Shown: piece after piece, positions 52,118 through 62,500 of the stretch | How positions within the stretch are numbered: position 1 is the stretch's first letter | How the letters are laid out: each line of letters begins with the position of its first letter | From: Pedobacter sp. | Lineage (GTDB): Bacteria; Desulfobacterota; Desulfuromonadia; Desulfuromonadales; Syntrophotaleaceae | Assembly: GCA_050253415.1 (NCBI GenBank) | Contig: JBFWJC010000008.1 | Coordinates: forward strand, 32,001-96,000 | Reading direction: 5' to 3' | DNA length: 64,000 nt | Made by a program: the position numbers and the translations under genes | The notes under the pieces: generated by a model | Told to the model about the DNA's origin: nothing | The model's input: only the letters and a program-made list of their open reading frames with translations | Databases searched by the model: none

Positions 52118-52744
52118 ATGAAACCGAATTGTTCCGCTAAAAGGCTGATAAATAACCGTCAGTCACTGACTGATCGAATTATGACACTGGAATTGGCCAT
52201 GTTCCTGAGCGTTCCCACCAGCCAGCCCTACAGCTGTCAGGAAGATCCGCAAAGTTTCAAAGTACATCGTCAAGCCCAGTTCGCAGCCTGGTCCGTCACT
52301 ACCCTTGAGAGTTATTATTACGATCTCCAGGCAGCTAAAGATGCGGGGCGCAACCTGCTGGCCATCAAGTATGCCCGCATGGATAATCTCGTGCCCTGCG
52401 TCAATTTCATCCCGCGGATCGCGTCCATTGTCCATCTGGCAATAACTGGGCAACAACGGTTTATAGATGCCTATCCTCGCCTGATGCAGGGCGGGCGATC
52501 CTTGACCACCTCAACGGACGATGACGGTCTTACTTCCTTTGAAACCTATTTGCGCTGTGAGCTCGAAACCTATTCCGAAACGACCCTGGGGTTGTTATTG
52601 GCTGACATCCGGGGATTGGAGCAGTCCGGCTCGAGTCTTTCCGAAGCCGTCTATCGCTGTCTTGCACAACAGTGGGGCTTTTACTCGCTGGAAGCTCTGG
52701 AAGCAAGCCTGCAGCAGAAAGGTCCCGCTACAGGTAGTCTTTGA
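52118..52744 (+). CDS. DUF4125-like protein
   Basis: GRNLLAIKYARM and TSFETYLRCELETYS, recalled as DUF4125 motifs. Confidence 0.7.
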   Translation: MKPNCSAKRLINNRQSLTDRIMTLELAMFLSVPTSQPYSCQEDPQSFKVHRQAQFAAWSVTTLESYYYDLQAAKDAGRNLLAIKYARMDNLVPCVNFIPRIASIVHLAITGQQRFIDAYPRLMQGGRSLTTSTDDDGLTSFETYLRCELETYSETTLGLLLADIRGLEQSGSSLSEAVYRCLAQQWGFYSLEALEASLQQKGPATGSL

Positions 52745-53412
52745 ACTGTCCGACGATATTTAATTGTCTGACAAGCTTGGTTGATAAAACAGGATTGACC
52801 AGGCAGATCTATCGAGGAGTTTAGCTTTCTTACGATCCGCAGTCATTGCGATCGTCAATATACACAGATAAATTTTCCATTTTTCAAACAGGCATGGTTA
52901 TCAAACAGTTCAATAAAACTTTTTGTTCAAAAAACAACATATCGCCAATGATTTATCGGCAGCTACCTGCAGATAAAATAAATGACCATGTAAGTCATGC
53001 AACATCCGAGCAGACAAATAGTCATACGTGATAATTGCTGTAAGAATCATCTGTCGGGGATAGTTTTTATAACAATTATCAGTATCTCAACGGGTTGGCG
53101 GGACCTCCCACCCTCTAGCCCTGAAAAATTTATTTGTTCGGCCTCCTTGTAATTCCAGATGGGAATGGTCCTCCTTTGCATTCCCCATCTGGAACCTTTT
53201 TTCAGTGCCATTTCCCAACCGTGTTATCAGTATTCCCACCCCCCCCCAAAAAAAACCATACATTGCGTCATGCAGCTGTCCTATTTTATGTTGCCATACG
53301 GACAGAACCACACCAGGGCTGACTAATCCATCATCGGGCATGAGATCAAGCTTCCAAGATTGCAAGTTTAAACCAAGAAAAACAAACATTTAAGCGCCGG
53401 TGACTTGCACAC

Positions 53413-53451
53413 AAAAAAAAGAGCCTCCTTTGAAAACAAGGGAGGCTCTTT
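53413..53451 (-). terminator. Terminator downstream of the radical SAM/SPASM gene
   Basis: A8-GAGCCTCC...GGAGGCTC-TTT. Confidence 0.8.
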
Positions 53452-53521
53452 AGCGTATAGGCTTGTCAACATATTCAGTGAAGACCAGGTATGAGAGTTT
53501 CCAAGGATACGCTACCTGCCA

Positions 53522-54895
53522 TCAGTCCTGCAGACACTGCAACAAACCCATGGCCCATTGGCAGGCACCGCAAGGCTCCGGGTTGGTAAAACAGTCCACA
53601 TCGAAATCTTCTTCCTGCACCAGGTCGCAAGGGGCCACACCGCAATTGGAACAGTACGGATAATCGAATTCAACCACATGTTCGCGGAACGTGCGGAATT
53701 CTTCACTGCGCCAGATATCGAGCAGCGGTTGTCGGTGGACATTGCCAAATACCTTGGGTTTAACCAGTCGATCCCAGTCATTGATATAACAACGATAATG
53801 ATGCCAGAGGTAATAACAAGGGTGCACATCGCCATCCCAGGAGATGAACGCCGAGCCTTTCGTGACAAAGGGACACTCACGTTCGTAACGCGGAGTCAAA
53901 GCCGGCAATTTAATTTCAATCCCCATTTCATCGGCCACCCGTTGCGCTTGGTCAAACACATCCTTGACTTCGGCAAGCAGAGCTTCGTCCCGACGAATCA
54001 GCTGCATGACATCCATGAAGATATCTTTTTGACGTGCCTCGGCTTTCATGCGATTAACCAATTGATTTACTTTACGCACTTGCGGATCTACCGCACGAGG
54101 CAGGACCTGTTCCTTCTCCCAGACCATATAATCGTAGACCCTGATATCGAATCCTTCGGCAGACAATTGCCGCTTCCATCGCTCGTAAATCTCAACCGCC
54201 GCATCGATGGAATTATCGTAAGTGATCTGGTTGATCCCGGAAATGTCGTAAGGGAGGGCATGACTGACAATAATAAAATCGGCTCCGCGCTGCGCAACCC
54301 AGCGCACGGTATCCGGCAACTGGTGAAAGTTTTCACGCATGGCAACGAATTCGGTCCCGATTTTGAGCCGGCTGTTCGGCTGCCTCTGGCGGGCTTCGTT
54401 CAGCATCCTGAAGGCCCGGTCCATGTCACTGATATCCTCACCTTCGCGCACCTTGCTGAAGGTCTCGGGCTTGACACCGTCCACCGACAGGCAGATACGG
54501 TCGAGACCGGCGTCAACCAGATCCCGCGCCCAATTACGATCGATCAACAAACCGTTGGACTGGAACCCGATCCAGGCGTCATCGGGCATCAACCGGCGAG
54601 CCCGCTTCACCCATTCGAGGATATGAGGATGCATCAGCGGTTCGCCGATACCGTTGAGAACCAACGATTCGAGATGGGGGAAAACAGGTTCCAGGGCTGC
54701 AAAGGTCTTCTGCGACATATCCGCATCGATGACCTTGCTGTCCGCCGCCTGCTTGACGCACATGGGACAGCGCAAATTGCAGAAGGTCGTACTTTCAACA
54801 AACAACTTGCTGGGATATGGACGCAACGCCGCGGACTCAAGACTGGCGGAAGCCTCTTCAGATCTGTTACTATTCATTGTTGTCTCGTCCTCCAA
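53522..54895 (-). CDS. Radical SAM/SPASM-domain protein (deltaproteobacterial putative maturase type)
   Basis: CNLRCPMC, GIGEPL, SNG; SPASM ECPF..GDVHPC..FGNV..CSNCGVAPC..CFTNPEPCGAC. Confidence 0.87.
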   Translation of the reverse strand: MEDETTMNSNRSEEASASLESAALRPYPSKLFVESTTFCNLRCPMCVKQAADSKVIDADMSQKTFAALEPVFPHLESLVLNGIGEPLMHPHILEWVKRARRLMPDDAWIGFQSNGLLIDRNWARDLVDAGLDRICLSVDGVKPETFSKVREGEDISDMDRAFRMLNEARQRQPNSRLKIGTEFVAMRENFHQLPDTVRWVAQRGADFIIVSHALPYDISGINQITYDNSIDAAVEIYERWKRQLSAEGFDIRVYDYMVWEKEQVLPRAVDPQVRKVNQLVNRMKAEARQKDIFMDVMQLIRRDEALLAEVKDVFDQAQRVADEMGIEIKLPALTPRYERECPFVTKGSAFISWDGDVHPCYYLWHHYRCYINDWDRLVKPKVFGNVHRQPLLDIWRSEEFRTFREHVVEFDYPYCSNCGVAPCDLVQEEDFDVDCFTNPEPCGACQWAMGLLQCLQD

Positions 54896-55077
54896 ACCGT
54901 TATCCTGTTTTTGTTCAGAATAACCGGTATATCACAGTAAAACCTTGTCTTCGGTCAAGGTTCAACCGATATTCATAGCATAAAGGATAAGGGGGGAAAA
55001 GCGCAAACCACCCGTCCGGTCGACGGGATTCGATGCTTCACTCTTCTTACCGGGCCAGTAAAATGAAGGAGTTAACC

Positions 55078-56343
55078 ATGAAAAGCGCTCTTTTAGGCGC
55101 CTATGTAATCGTATTCTTATGCGATCAAATGCTCGATTGGCTCAATTTGCGTTATCAGCAACGCCATGCCAAACAGATTCCCGCCAGTTTCCAGCGGCAC
55201 TTCGATCATGCCACCGTCGAACGGGCCCTGGCCTATGAAACGGATAAAAAACGTGCGGCGCTTTTTGAAGAAGGACTATCGGCTGTGCTGTTTATCTGGT
55301 TCATGTTCGGAGGCTGGCTACCCCGATACGATACATGGACATCTTCGCTGTCAGGCTCCTTTATAGCGCAGGGTACGCTGTTTTTCCTGGGACTTATATG
55401 GGCCCGCCAGCTGCTGGACCTGCCCTTTTCCTGGTATCGAAACTTCCGTATCGAAGCCCGTTACGGTTTTAACACCATGTCGCTGCGCCTGTGGCTGTCT
55501 GACGCGGCAAAAAGCACAGTGCTGGCTCTGCTCCTGTATGGACTACTGATCGTCGGCACTTTGTGGCTGGTTCAGGCCAGCCCCCAGGCCTGGTGGCTCT
55601 GGGTATGGGGTTTTATCACTTTTTTCAGCCTGTTCGTGATGGTCATCTCCCCCTACCTCATCGAACCGCTGTTCTTTAAATTCTCCCCCATCGAAAAACC
55701 CGGTCTGGAAGAACGGATAAGACAAATGGCCAAAAAAGCCGGGCTGCATGCAGGACGTATCTTCAAGGTGGACGCCTCCCGCCGCAGCCGCCACGGCAAT
55801 GCTTATTTTACCGGCCTGGGCCGGCAGAAACGCATCGTACTGTTCGACACCCTGCTGGAACAGATGGAGGATCATCAAACCCTGGCAGTGCTTGCCCACG
55901 AAATCGGACACTGGAAACATCGGCACATCTCACAACGCCTTATCAGTAGTGCGTTGCTGACCCTTGGTGGCCTGTACCTGTCGGCCCACCTGATCCGCTG
56001 GGGTGGTCTGCCGGGATTATTGCAGCTGCCCTCGGCATCGTTTGCAGCCCAGATCATGATTCTCATGCTGCTTGCCGCACTGGTCAGCTTTCCCCTGGCC
56101 CCCCTGGGCAATATGCTGTCCCGTCGCCATGAGCGCCAGGCGGACCGTTTCGCCTGCAACCTCACCGGGCGCCCCGTCGACCTTGCCGAAGCTCTGATCA
56201 AGCTGGCGCACGACAATCTGGCCGCCCTTCACCCGCACCCCCTGTATGCCTGGTTTCGCTTCTCGCATCCACCGATTGTCGAGCGGGTGAACGCTTTGCT
56301 GAATACAATGTCAAACCCTGAGCAGAATTCGCAACCGAACTGA
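55078..56343 (+). CDS. M48 (Ste24-like) membrane zinc metalloprotease
   Basis: YGFN, DASRRSRHGNAYFTG, RIVLFDTL, HEIGH, ERQAD, SHPP. Confidence 0.93.
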   Translation: MKSALLGAYVIVFLCDQMLDWLNLRYQQRHAKQIPASFQRHFDHATVERALAYETDKKRAALFEEGLSAVLFIWFMFGGWLPRYDTWTSSLSGSFIAQGTLFFLGLIWARQLLDLPFSWYRNFRIEARYGFNTMSLRLWLSDAAKSTVLALLLYGLLIVGTLWLVQASPQAWWLWVWGFITFFSLFVMVISPYLIEPLFFKFSPIEKPGLEERIRQMAKKAGLHAGRIFKVDASRRSRHGNAYFTGLGRQKRIVLFDTLLEQMEDHQTLAVLAHEIGHWKHRHISQRLISSALLTLGGLYLSAHLIRWGGLPGLLQLPSASFAAQIMILMLLAALVSFPLAPLGNMLSRRHERQADRFACNLTGRPVDLAEALIKLAHDNLAALHPHPLYAWFRFSHPPIVERVNALLNTMSNPEQNSQPN

Positions 56344-56354
56344 AAGGATCACCA

Positions 56355-56981
56355 GTGACAAACCATAACGCCTTCGACAACATGGCCAAGGACTGGGACA
56401 ACAATCCTCGCATCATCAAGATGGCCTGCAATTTTGCCGATCACATCAAACAGCATGTGCCTTTGACCCGCCAAACCAGGGCCCTCGATTTCGGTTGCGG
56501 CACCGGTCAGGTAAGCATGCATCTCCATTCCATAGTGCATTCCGTAGCCATGGTTGATACGTCGGAAGGAATGCTCGACGTGTTGCGCCATAAACTCGCG
56601 AATAACGCCATCGATAACATGCACATTTACAAGGGCGACCTGTTTCAGAGCTCTCTTGCGGAGAATTCATTCGACCTGGCCTACACGCTGATGGCCCTGC
56701 ATCATGTCAAACAGGTTTTGCCCGTTTTGCAACGATTTTATAAGTTGCTCAAACCCGGCGGGTATCTCTGTATCGGTGATCTGGAGCCCGAGGATGGCTC
56801 GTTCCATGGCATAGATATGGATGTGCACCCGGGTTTTGATCCAACGGAGTTGCAGACACAGCTTAAGGAAAGCGGCTTTTCCGTTGAACAGGCCTGTCGC
56901 ATGATGGTGGTGGAAAAACCGGACGAGAGCGGCATAGACAAACCCTACCCGCTGTTTTTCCTGCTGATGCAAAAGCCCTGA
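56355..56981 (+). CDS. Class I SAM-dependent methyltransferase
   Basis: ALDFGCGTG, VDTSEGM, MALHHV, LKPGG. Confidence 0.9.
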   Translation: MTNHNAFDNMAKDWDNNPRIIKMACNFADHIKQHVPLTRQTRALDFGCGTGQVSMHLHSIVHSVAMVDTSEGMLDVLRHKLANNAIDNMHIYKGDLFQSSLAENSFDLAYTLMALHHVKQVLPVLQRFYKLLKPGGYLCIGDLEPEDGSFHGIDMDVHPGFDPTELQTQLKESGFSVEQACRMMVVEKPDESGIDKPYPLFFLLMQKP

Positions 56982-56986
56982 ACGCC

Positions 56987-57012
56987 GCAGGGGCGGATTA
57001 TCCCGCCCCTGC
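56987..57012. terminator. Hairpin between convergent methyltransferase and rlpA genes
   Basis: GCAGGGGCGG-N6-CCGCCCCTGC, 10-bp perfect stem. Confidence 0.65.
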
Positions 57013-57051
57013 ATCTGCTATGGATTTTCAATGCTGTCTTCCCCCGGACAA

Positions 57052-57993
57052 TCACCCGAGTTTTTCAAAACGCTCCAACATGATCATACTTTTGGGAAAA
57101 CCGATTTCCGCAAGGGATTTCTTCGCGTTTTCGGCCTGCTGGCGACTGGTAAGCTTTTCCAGCCTGATGCAGTAAATCTGGCAATCCCCCATGGGATAAG
57201 CTTTCATGACCGCCGACTGAAAGCGGGTTTGCACTGCGATCAGAACCGCTTCTGCCTTTTCCAGGGTTTTGAATGCAGCAACCTGCACCGTATATTCCGG
57301 CTTGACCTGGTCCGGAGCATATTCCCCGGCTTTGGGGCTGGAACCGTAAATCACCTCGACAGGATTGAAGGGCGGCTTATGTAAGCGCAAAACCTCTTCC
57401 TGTTCCGGGGACAACCACCTTTTGGTAAGACGTTCGCTACGTGCATAACCCAATGCCTGAATCGATATGGGAGCGGTGCCCGTTTCGTAATAGCCCAATT
57501 CCTTAGCCGCGGCCACGGACAAATCCAGCACCCGGTCCTTGAAATAAGGGCCTCGATCATTCACACGGACAATGACCTCCCGGCCGTTGACCAGGTTGGT
57601 AACCTTGATCCATATCCCTAATGGCAGGGTTTTGTGGGCCGCGGACAGGGCGTTCATATCAAAAATCTCACCGTTGGACGTCTGTCGGCCATGAAACGGT
57701 ATCCCGTACCAACTACCAATCCCTTGCTGTATAAACCCGGTACAGTTGAGGATCGGCTCATAGAATCGTTCACCGATTTCATAAACACGCTGCCAACGCT
57801 CCCCCAGCGTCGGCACCACGCAAGAATATTCCGCCTCATCCTGCTGCTGCGTTTCATTGGACATCGCGGCCACTTTTTCGGCGGCGGTTTCGTCACATGT
57901 GTTCTCCCGCCGTGTCATCGATCCCCCGCCTTGCATAGAAGAACAGCCCACCAACAGCGCAACGGAAGCTGCCGCCATCGCTAAACGCATCAT
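57052..57993 (-). CDS. rlpA: RlpA-family lytic transglycosylase lipoprotein with SPOR domain
   Basis: Lipobox LLVGC; SWYG..FHGRQTSNGE, SAAHKTLP, VRVNDRGPY; YTVQVAAF SPOR. Confidence 0.9.
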   Translation of the reverse strand: MMRLAMAAASVALLVGCSSMQGGGSMTRRENTCDETAAEKVAAMSNETQQQDEAEYSCVVPTLGERWQRVYEIGERFYEPILNCTGFIQQGIGSWYGIPFHGRQTSNGEIFDMNALSAAHKTLPLGIWIKVTNLVNGREVIVRVNDRGPYFKDRVLDLSVAAAKELGYYETGTAPISIQALGYARSERLTKRWLSPEQEEVLRLHKPPFNPVEVIYGSSPKAGEYAPDQVKPEYTVQVAAFKTLEKAEAVLIAVQTRFQSAVMKAYPMGDCQIYCIRLEKLTSRQQAENAKKSLAEIGFPKSMIMLERFEKLG

Positions 57994-58418
57994 GCGTAAT
58001 CCCTCCATGAAAATCACAACCCCTTCACCGAATACCACCGAACCGATAATACAATCGTAAACCTGCGATGAAAATCATTGCCGCTATTCGCAAAAGATTT
58101 CAAGTTAGAAATATCATCGTGGAAAACCGGCGTTCAAATACCTTCAAATTTTTCGAGCCTCTCATCGGAATATGTCTCCCGCCCGATTTTTTGGAAAAAG
58201 AAAAAGGGCCTGGAAACTACCGCCCTAATTAAATTATTAGAAACATTTTCTTTACTGTTCAACCAAGGATAGGTTAAAAATATCTACTCTTGCCGATCCA
58301 GATAGATACGAAACAGCTGCTCAGGGGAGATTTCCCTTTTCCGGTGTTCGGTATGTTCCCTGCTGAAGTATCCGCACCTTGGCATGCACAAGATAAGCTC
58401 TCGAAGAAACAGGACTTC

Positions 58419-59408
58419 ATGCAAAATAAACCAGTCATTGATATCCACTGCCACGGAGCCGGCATTGGTGCAGGAAACAGCGGCTGCCGCGTAGCGAAAC
58501 GCTTGCAAAAAAGTTGGAAGTTCCGTTATTACCTCAAAGCCTTCGGCGTCACACTCGAACAACTGGTCCGAGAAGGCGATATGCTGGTGATGCGTTGTTT
58601 GTCGGAGCAGTTAACGGCATCACTGTCGGTGGATAAAGCAGTAATCTTTGCCCTCGACGGCGTCATGGATTCCCAGGGCCGCCTGGATAAACGCCGGACA
58701 GAGCTGTTTATCCCCGACACATTTATAGAACAAGCATGCGGTAAATATCCCAACCTTCTATTTGGGGCCAGCATCAATCCCTGGAGGCGAAATGCCCTGG
58801 AGTGTCTCGACAAGGCCGCTGCCTCGGGCGCTGTTCTGCTGAAATGGCTTCCATCGATCCAAGGGATCGACCCTGCACATCCTGACCTGATCCCGTTTTA
58901 TCGACGCATGGCGGAATTAAGAATGCCCTTGCTGAGCCATACCGGTGAAGAAGCGTCGTTTACCAAGGCCGACAATTCCCTGGCCGACCCGGAGCGATTG
59001 CGCCTGCCACTTGAACAAGGGGTTACGGTCATTGCAGCACACTGCGCAAGCAATGGGCGCAACGCTGGACAGCATAACTTCGATCGTTTTCTGGGACTGA
59101 TGCAATGCTATGAAAATTTCCATGGTGACATCTCCGCCCTGACCCAAATCAACCGACTCGGACAGTTGCAACGTGTTCTTCGCTATCCCGAATGGTACGG
59201 CCGGCTGCATTACGGCACGGATATGCCGTTACCCCGGACGGGCCTGACATCCCCATGGTTTCAATTGGGCCGTTTGCCTTTTTCCACTATCCGGCGACTG
59301 GCCGCCCTCAGCAATCCCTGGGACCAGGATCTGCAACTGAAACTGGCCCTTGGCCTGCCACCCCAGGTACTGCACAATACGGCCCAATTGTTGTGCTTAA
59401 AATCTTAG
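58419..59408 (+). CDS. Amidohydrolase_2-family metal-dependent hydrolase
   Basis: IDIHCH, LLSHTG, IAAHCA, YGTDMP metal-ligand motifs. Confidence 0.85.
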   Translation: MQNKPVIDIHCHGAGIGAGNSGCRVAKRLQKSWKFRYYLKAFGVTLEQLVREGDMLVMRCLSEQLTASLSVDKAVIFALDGVMDSQGRLDKRRTELFIPDTFIEQACGKYPNLLFGASINPWRRNALECLDKAAASGAVLLKWLPSIQGIDPAHPDLIPFYRRMAELRMPLLSHTGEEASFTKADNSLADPERLRLPLEQGVTVIAAHCASNGRNAGQHNFDRFLGLMQCYENFHGDISALTQINRLGQLQRVLRYPEWYGRLHYGTDMPLPRTGLTSPWFQLGRLPFSTIRRLAALSNPWDQDLQLKLALGLPPQVLHNTAQLLCLKS

Positions 59409-59535
59409 GGCGTTTCGCATCACCCCTGGAGGGGATAAGATTTTTTAAGGATGTTGACCTAAGCAACTTTTGGCGGGTTGTCTGGAATAGTCATGGACAG
59501 ATGTGCTCTCATGGCGGACGCTATCATGCCAAAGA

Positions 59536-62500
59536 TTACGCGTCTTCGGTAAGGGTCGTTATTGAGAGAATTTGCTGGAAGGATTTTTCCATTTCCTCCG
59601 GCGGCACGGGGCGGCTGAACAGATAGCCCTGGACTTCATCGCAGCCCTTGCTCCGGAGAAACTCCATTTGTTCCTCGGTTTCCACCCCTTCGGCGATGAC
59701 CTTCAGGTGCATATTCTGGGCAAGCGCGATAATCGATGAAGCGATTTCAGCGCTTTGCTCATTGGAACAGACATCCCTGACGAAGGAACGATCGATTTTC
59801 AGGTGCGAAATAGGGAATTTCTGCAGATAACTCAAAGAGGAATAGCCTGTTCCGAAATCATCGATAGCGAGGTTTATACCCCGAACCTTAAGATCAGTGA
59901 GGGTCATGATGGACTCTTCGACATCCCCCATGATGACGCTTTCGGTTATTTCCATTTCCAGGTATTTGGGATTAATCTGCGTATCTTGCAGAAGTTGATC
60001 TACCTTGTCGATGAAATTGGGCTCGTTGAATTGTCGGGCGGATATGTTGACGGAAACCCTCATGGGAGTTTCCCCGACGCTATTCCAAAGCTTGATCTGG
60101 TGACAGGCCGTTCGCAAAACCCAATCCCCTAAAGGAACGATCAAGCCGGTCTCTTCGGCAAGGGGTATGAAATCTCCAGGAGGCACAAGGCCCAGGCTTG
60201 GGTGACACCAGCGAACAAGCGCTTCCGCTCCGACTACCAGTCCGGTGGCGAGGTCGACCTGCGGCTGGTAGTGGAGAACGAACTCCTCCTGCGTCAACGC
60301 CTGGCGAAGGGCACCCTCCAGAAACAATAATTCCCTGCTCCGTACATTCATCTCCGGACGGTAGAATTGGCAATTGTTGCGCCCCAGTTCTTTGGCGCGG
60401 TACATGGCAACTTCCGCGTATTTGATCAACGTGTCGAGATTATCGCCATCGTTAGGATAGATACTGATACCGATACTCGCGGTCAGATAGAGTTGATGTC
60501 CTTCAAAAGTAAGAGCTTCGGAAAGGTGTTCAAGTATTTTTTGACCTGTGATCAGGGCATTTTGCGGTTCGTCCACATCTTCAAGGATAACGGCGAATTC
60601 GTCCCCACCGAACCGTGACAGAGTGTCCGACTCTCTGATCTGAGATTTTATGCGGGCGGCTACCTGGCAAAGGATGTGATCACCAATGTCATGTCCAAGA
60701 GAGTCATTTATGGTTTTAAATCGATCAAGATCGAGCAGCAACAAAGCCACCTTCTGCCCGGAGCGCTTTGCTATTGCCAGAATGTGCTGGAGACGGTCAC
60801 AAAAGAGCGCGCGGTTTGGCAGTAGAGTCAACGAATCATAGCTGGCGAGGAAGTTAAGGTGGGATTCCTTTTCCTGCAGACTTTTTTCAGCTTTACGGTG
60901 TTCCAGAGCTATGCTGATGGTAGACGTGAGTGTTTCAAGAAATTTAATGCCGCTCAGATTAAATTTACCGCTCTGGCGATCAATGAGTTGCAGGACCCCG
61001 AACGGTTTTCCTCCGAAACGCAGAGGAATCACAGCCATGGATTGAACCCCTGCATGACAACAGTGATTTAGCGGACACAAAAAAGCCCCCGACTCCAACC
61101 CGCTGTTTGTCCAAAAACTCCCTCCAAGGGAGAAGGTATCCCCTGATCCCTCGCAGCCAAGCCCGAGGAACACCTTGCCGCACATGGTTTGCGCAAGGCT
61201 GGTCTGGCAGTTTTCCCCAATCGATAGGTGGCAGGGATCAGACGTGTATAACTCCTCGAATCCTAGGGTATTTTCATAAACAAAATCATTCTCCTGCACC
61301 AATCGCAAAGCCGCCCCTTCAACTCCGGTAAAATCCTTGATCAATTGCAGGATATCGCGAATCTTATCCGTTTTTTTGCTGGGCAGGGCCAGAATCTCCA
61401 ATACCTGGCCCGTCAAAAGCTGTCTTTGCTCAGTAAGTTTCTTTTTGGTGATGTCCTGCTTGACGGCTACGAAATTGGTGATGACCCCGTTCGCGTTTTT
61501 CAGGGGGGAAATCAATGCACTTTCCCAAAAGAATTCGCCATTTTTGCGTTTGTTGTGGAATTCACCCCGCCACTCCCGTCCCGCGGTAATGGTTTCCCAG
61601 AGGGTACGATAATATTCATCGGGAAAAGTCCCCCCCTTCAGGAAACGGGGATTTTTCCCCAGAACCTCCTCGGATGCATATCCCGACATCTTGGTAAACA
61701 TGGAGTTGACATACTCAATGTTTCCGGCAGGATCGGTGATAACGACGGAATTCGGACTTTGTTCGGTGGCAAGGGAGAGCTTGTTCAATTGATCGAGCAT
61801 TTGTCTCTGACTGGTTATATCCCTAAAACTCCAGACACGACCTACAATTTGGTCATCAAGCTTTTGGGGCATTGTAAGACACTCAAAAAATTTCCCATCC
61901 TTAAAGCGAAGCACATCCCAACTTTGTCGTTCGGGATGAGCATACAAATCCCGGACGATTTCCAAAAAGGTTTCAGGTTCATCCAATTTATCTGCAACAG
62001 AAGACAGCACCGCTTGATTGTCACCTTTATTGATAAGGTCTTCCGGCACTTGCCACATCTCTGAAAACTGCTTGTTGGAGGTCACAATTTCACCTTCAAG
62101 GCTGACCACCAGGATACCGTCACCGGTAGACTCCAGCGTTGCTTCCAGCAAAGAAAGGGAGCCTGAAAGGTGTTCCTCCGCAATTTTTCGGTCCGTGATA
62201 TCGTCAAGGGTCTGGATAACTGCGACCAACTCCCCTTCTGCATTACGAATAGGAGCGGCATTGAAAATGACATAGCGCCTGTTCCCACTAAATTCAGACC
62301 AGCCCTCCGCAACCAGACCATCAGGCACCAGGGAAGATTGATTGATATTAGTGTAAAAGTCAGGGAGTTCTTTCAGGTTGCCATCAATAACAAAATCAGC
62401 CAGGCACGGGCGTTTATGATCATAAAAAGCCCGCCAATGGCCATCCGTTCCAAGTAGACCCTCAGACCGGACTCCGGTCAATTCCTCACAGGCCCTGTTC

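Noticed and set aside
53558..54940. 460-aa plus-strand ORF
   Set aside because: Antisense shadow of the radical SAM/SPASM gene
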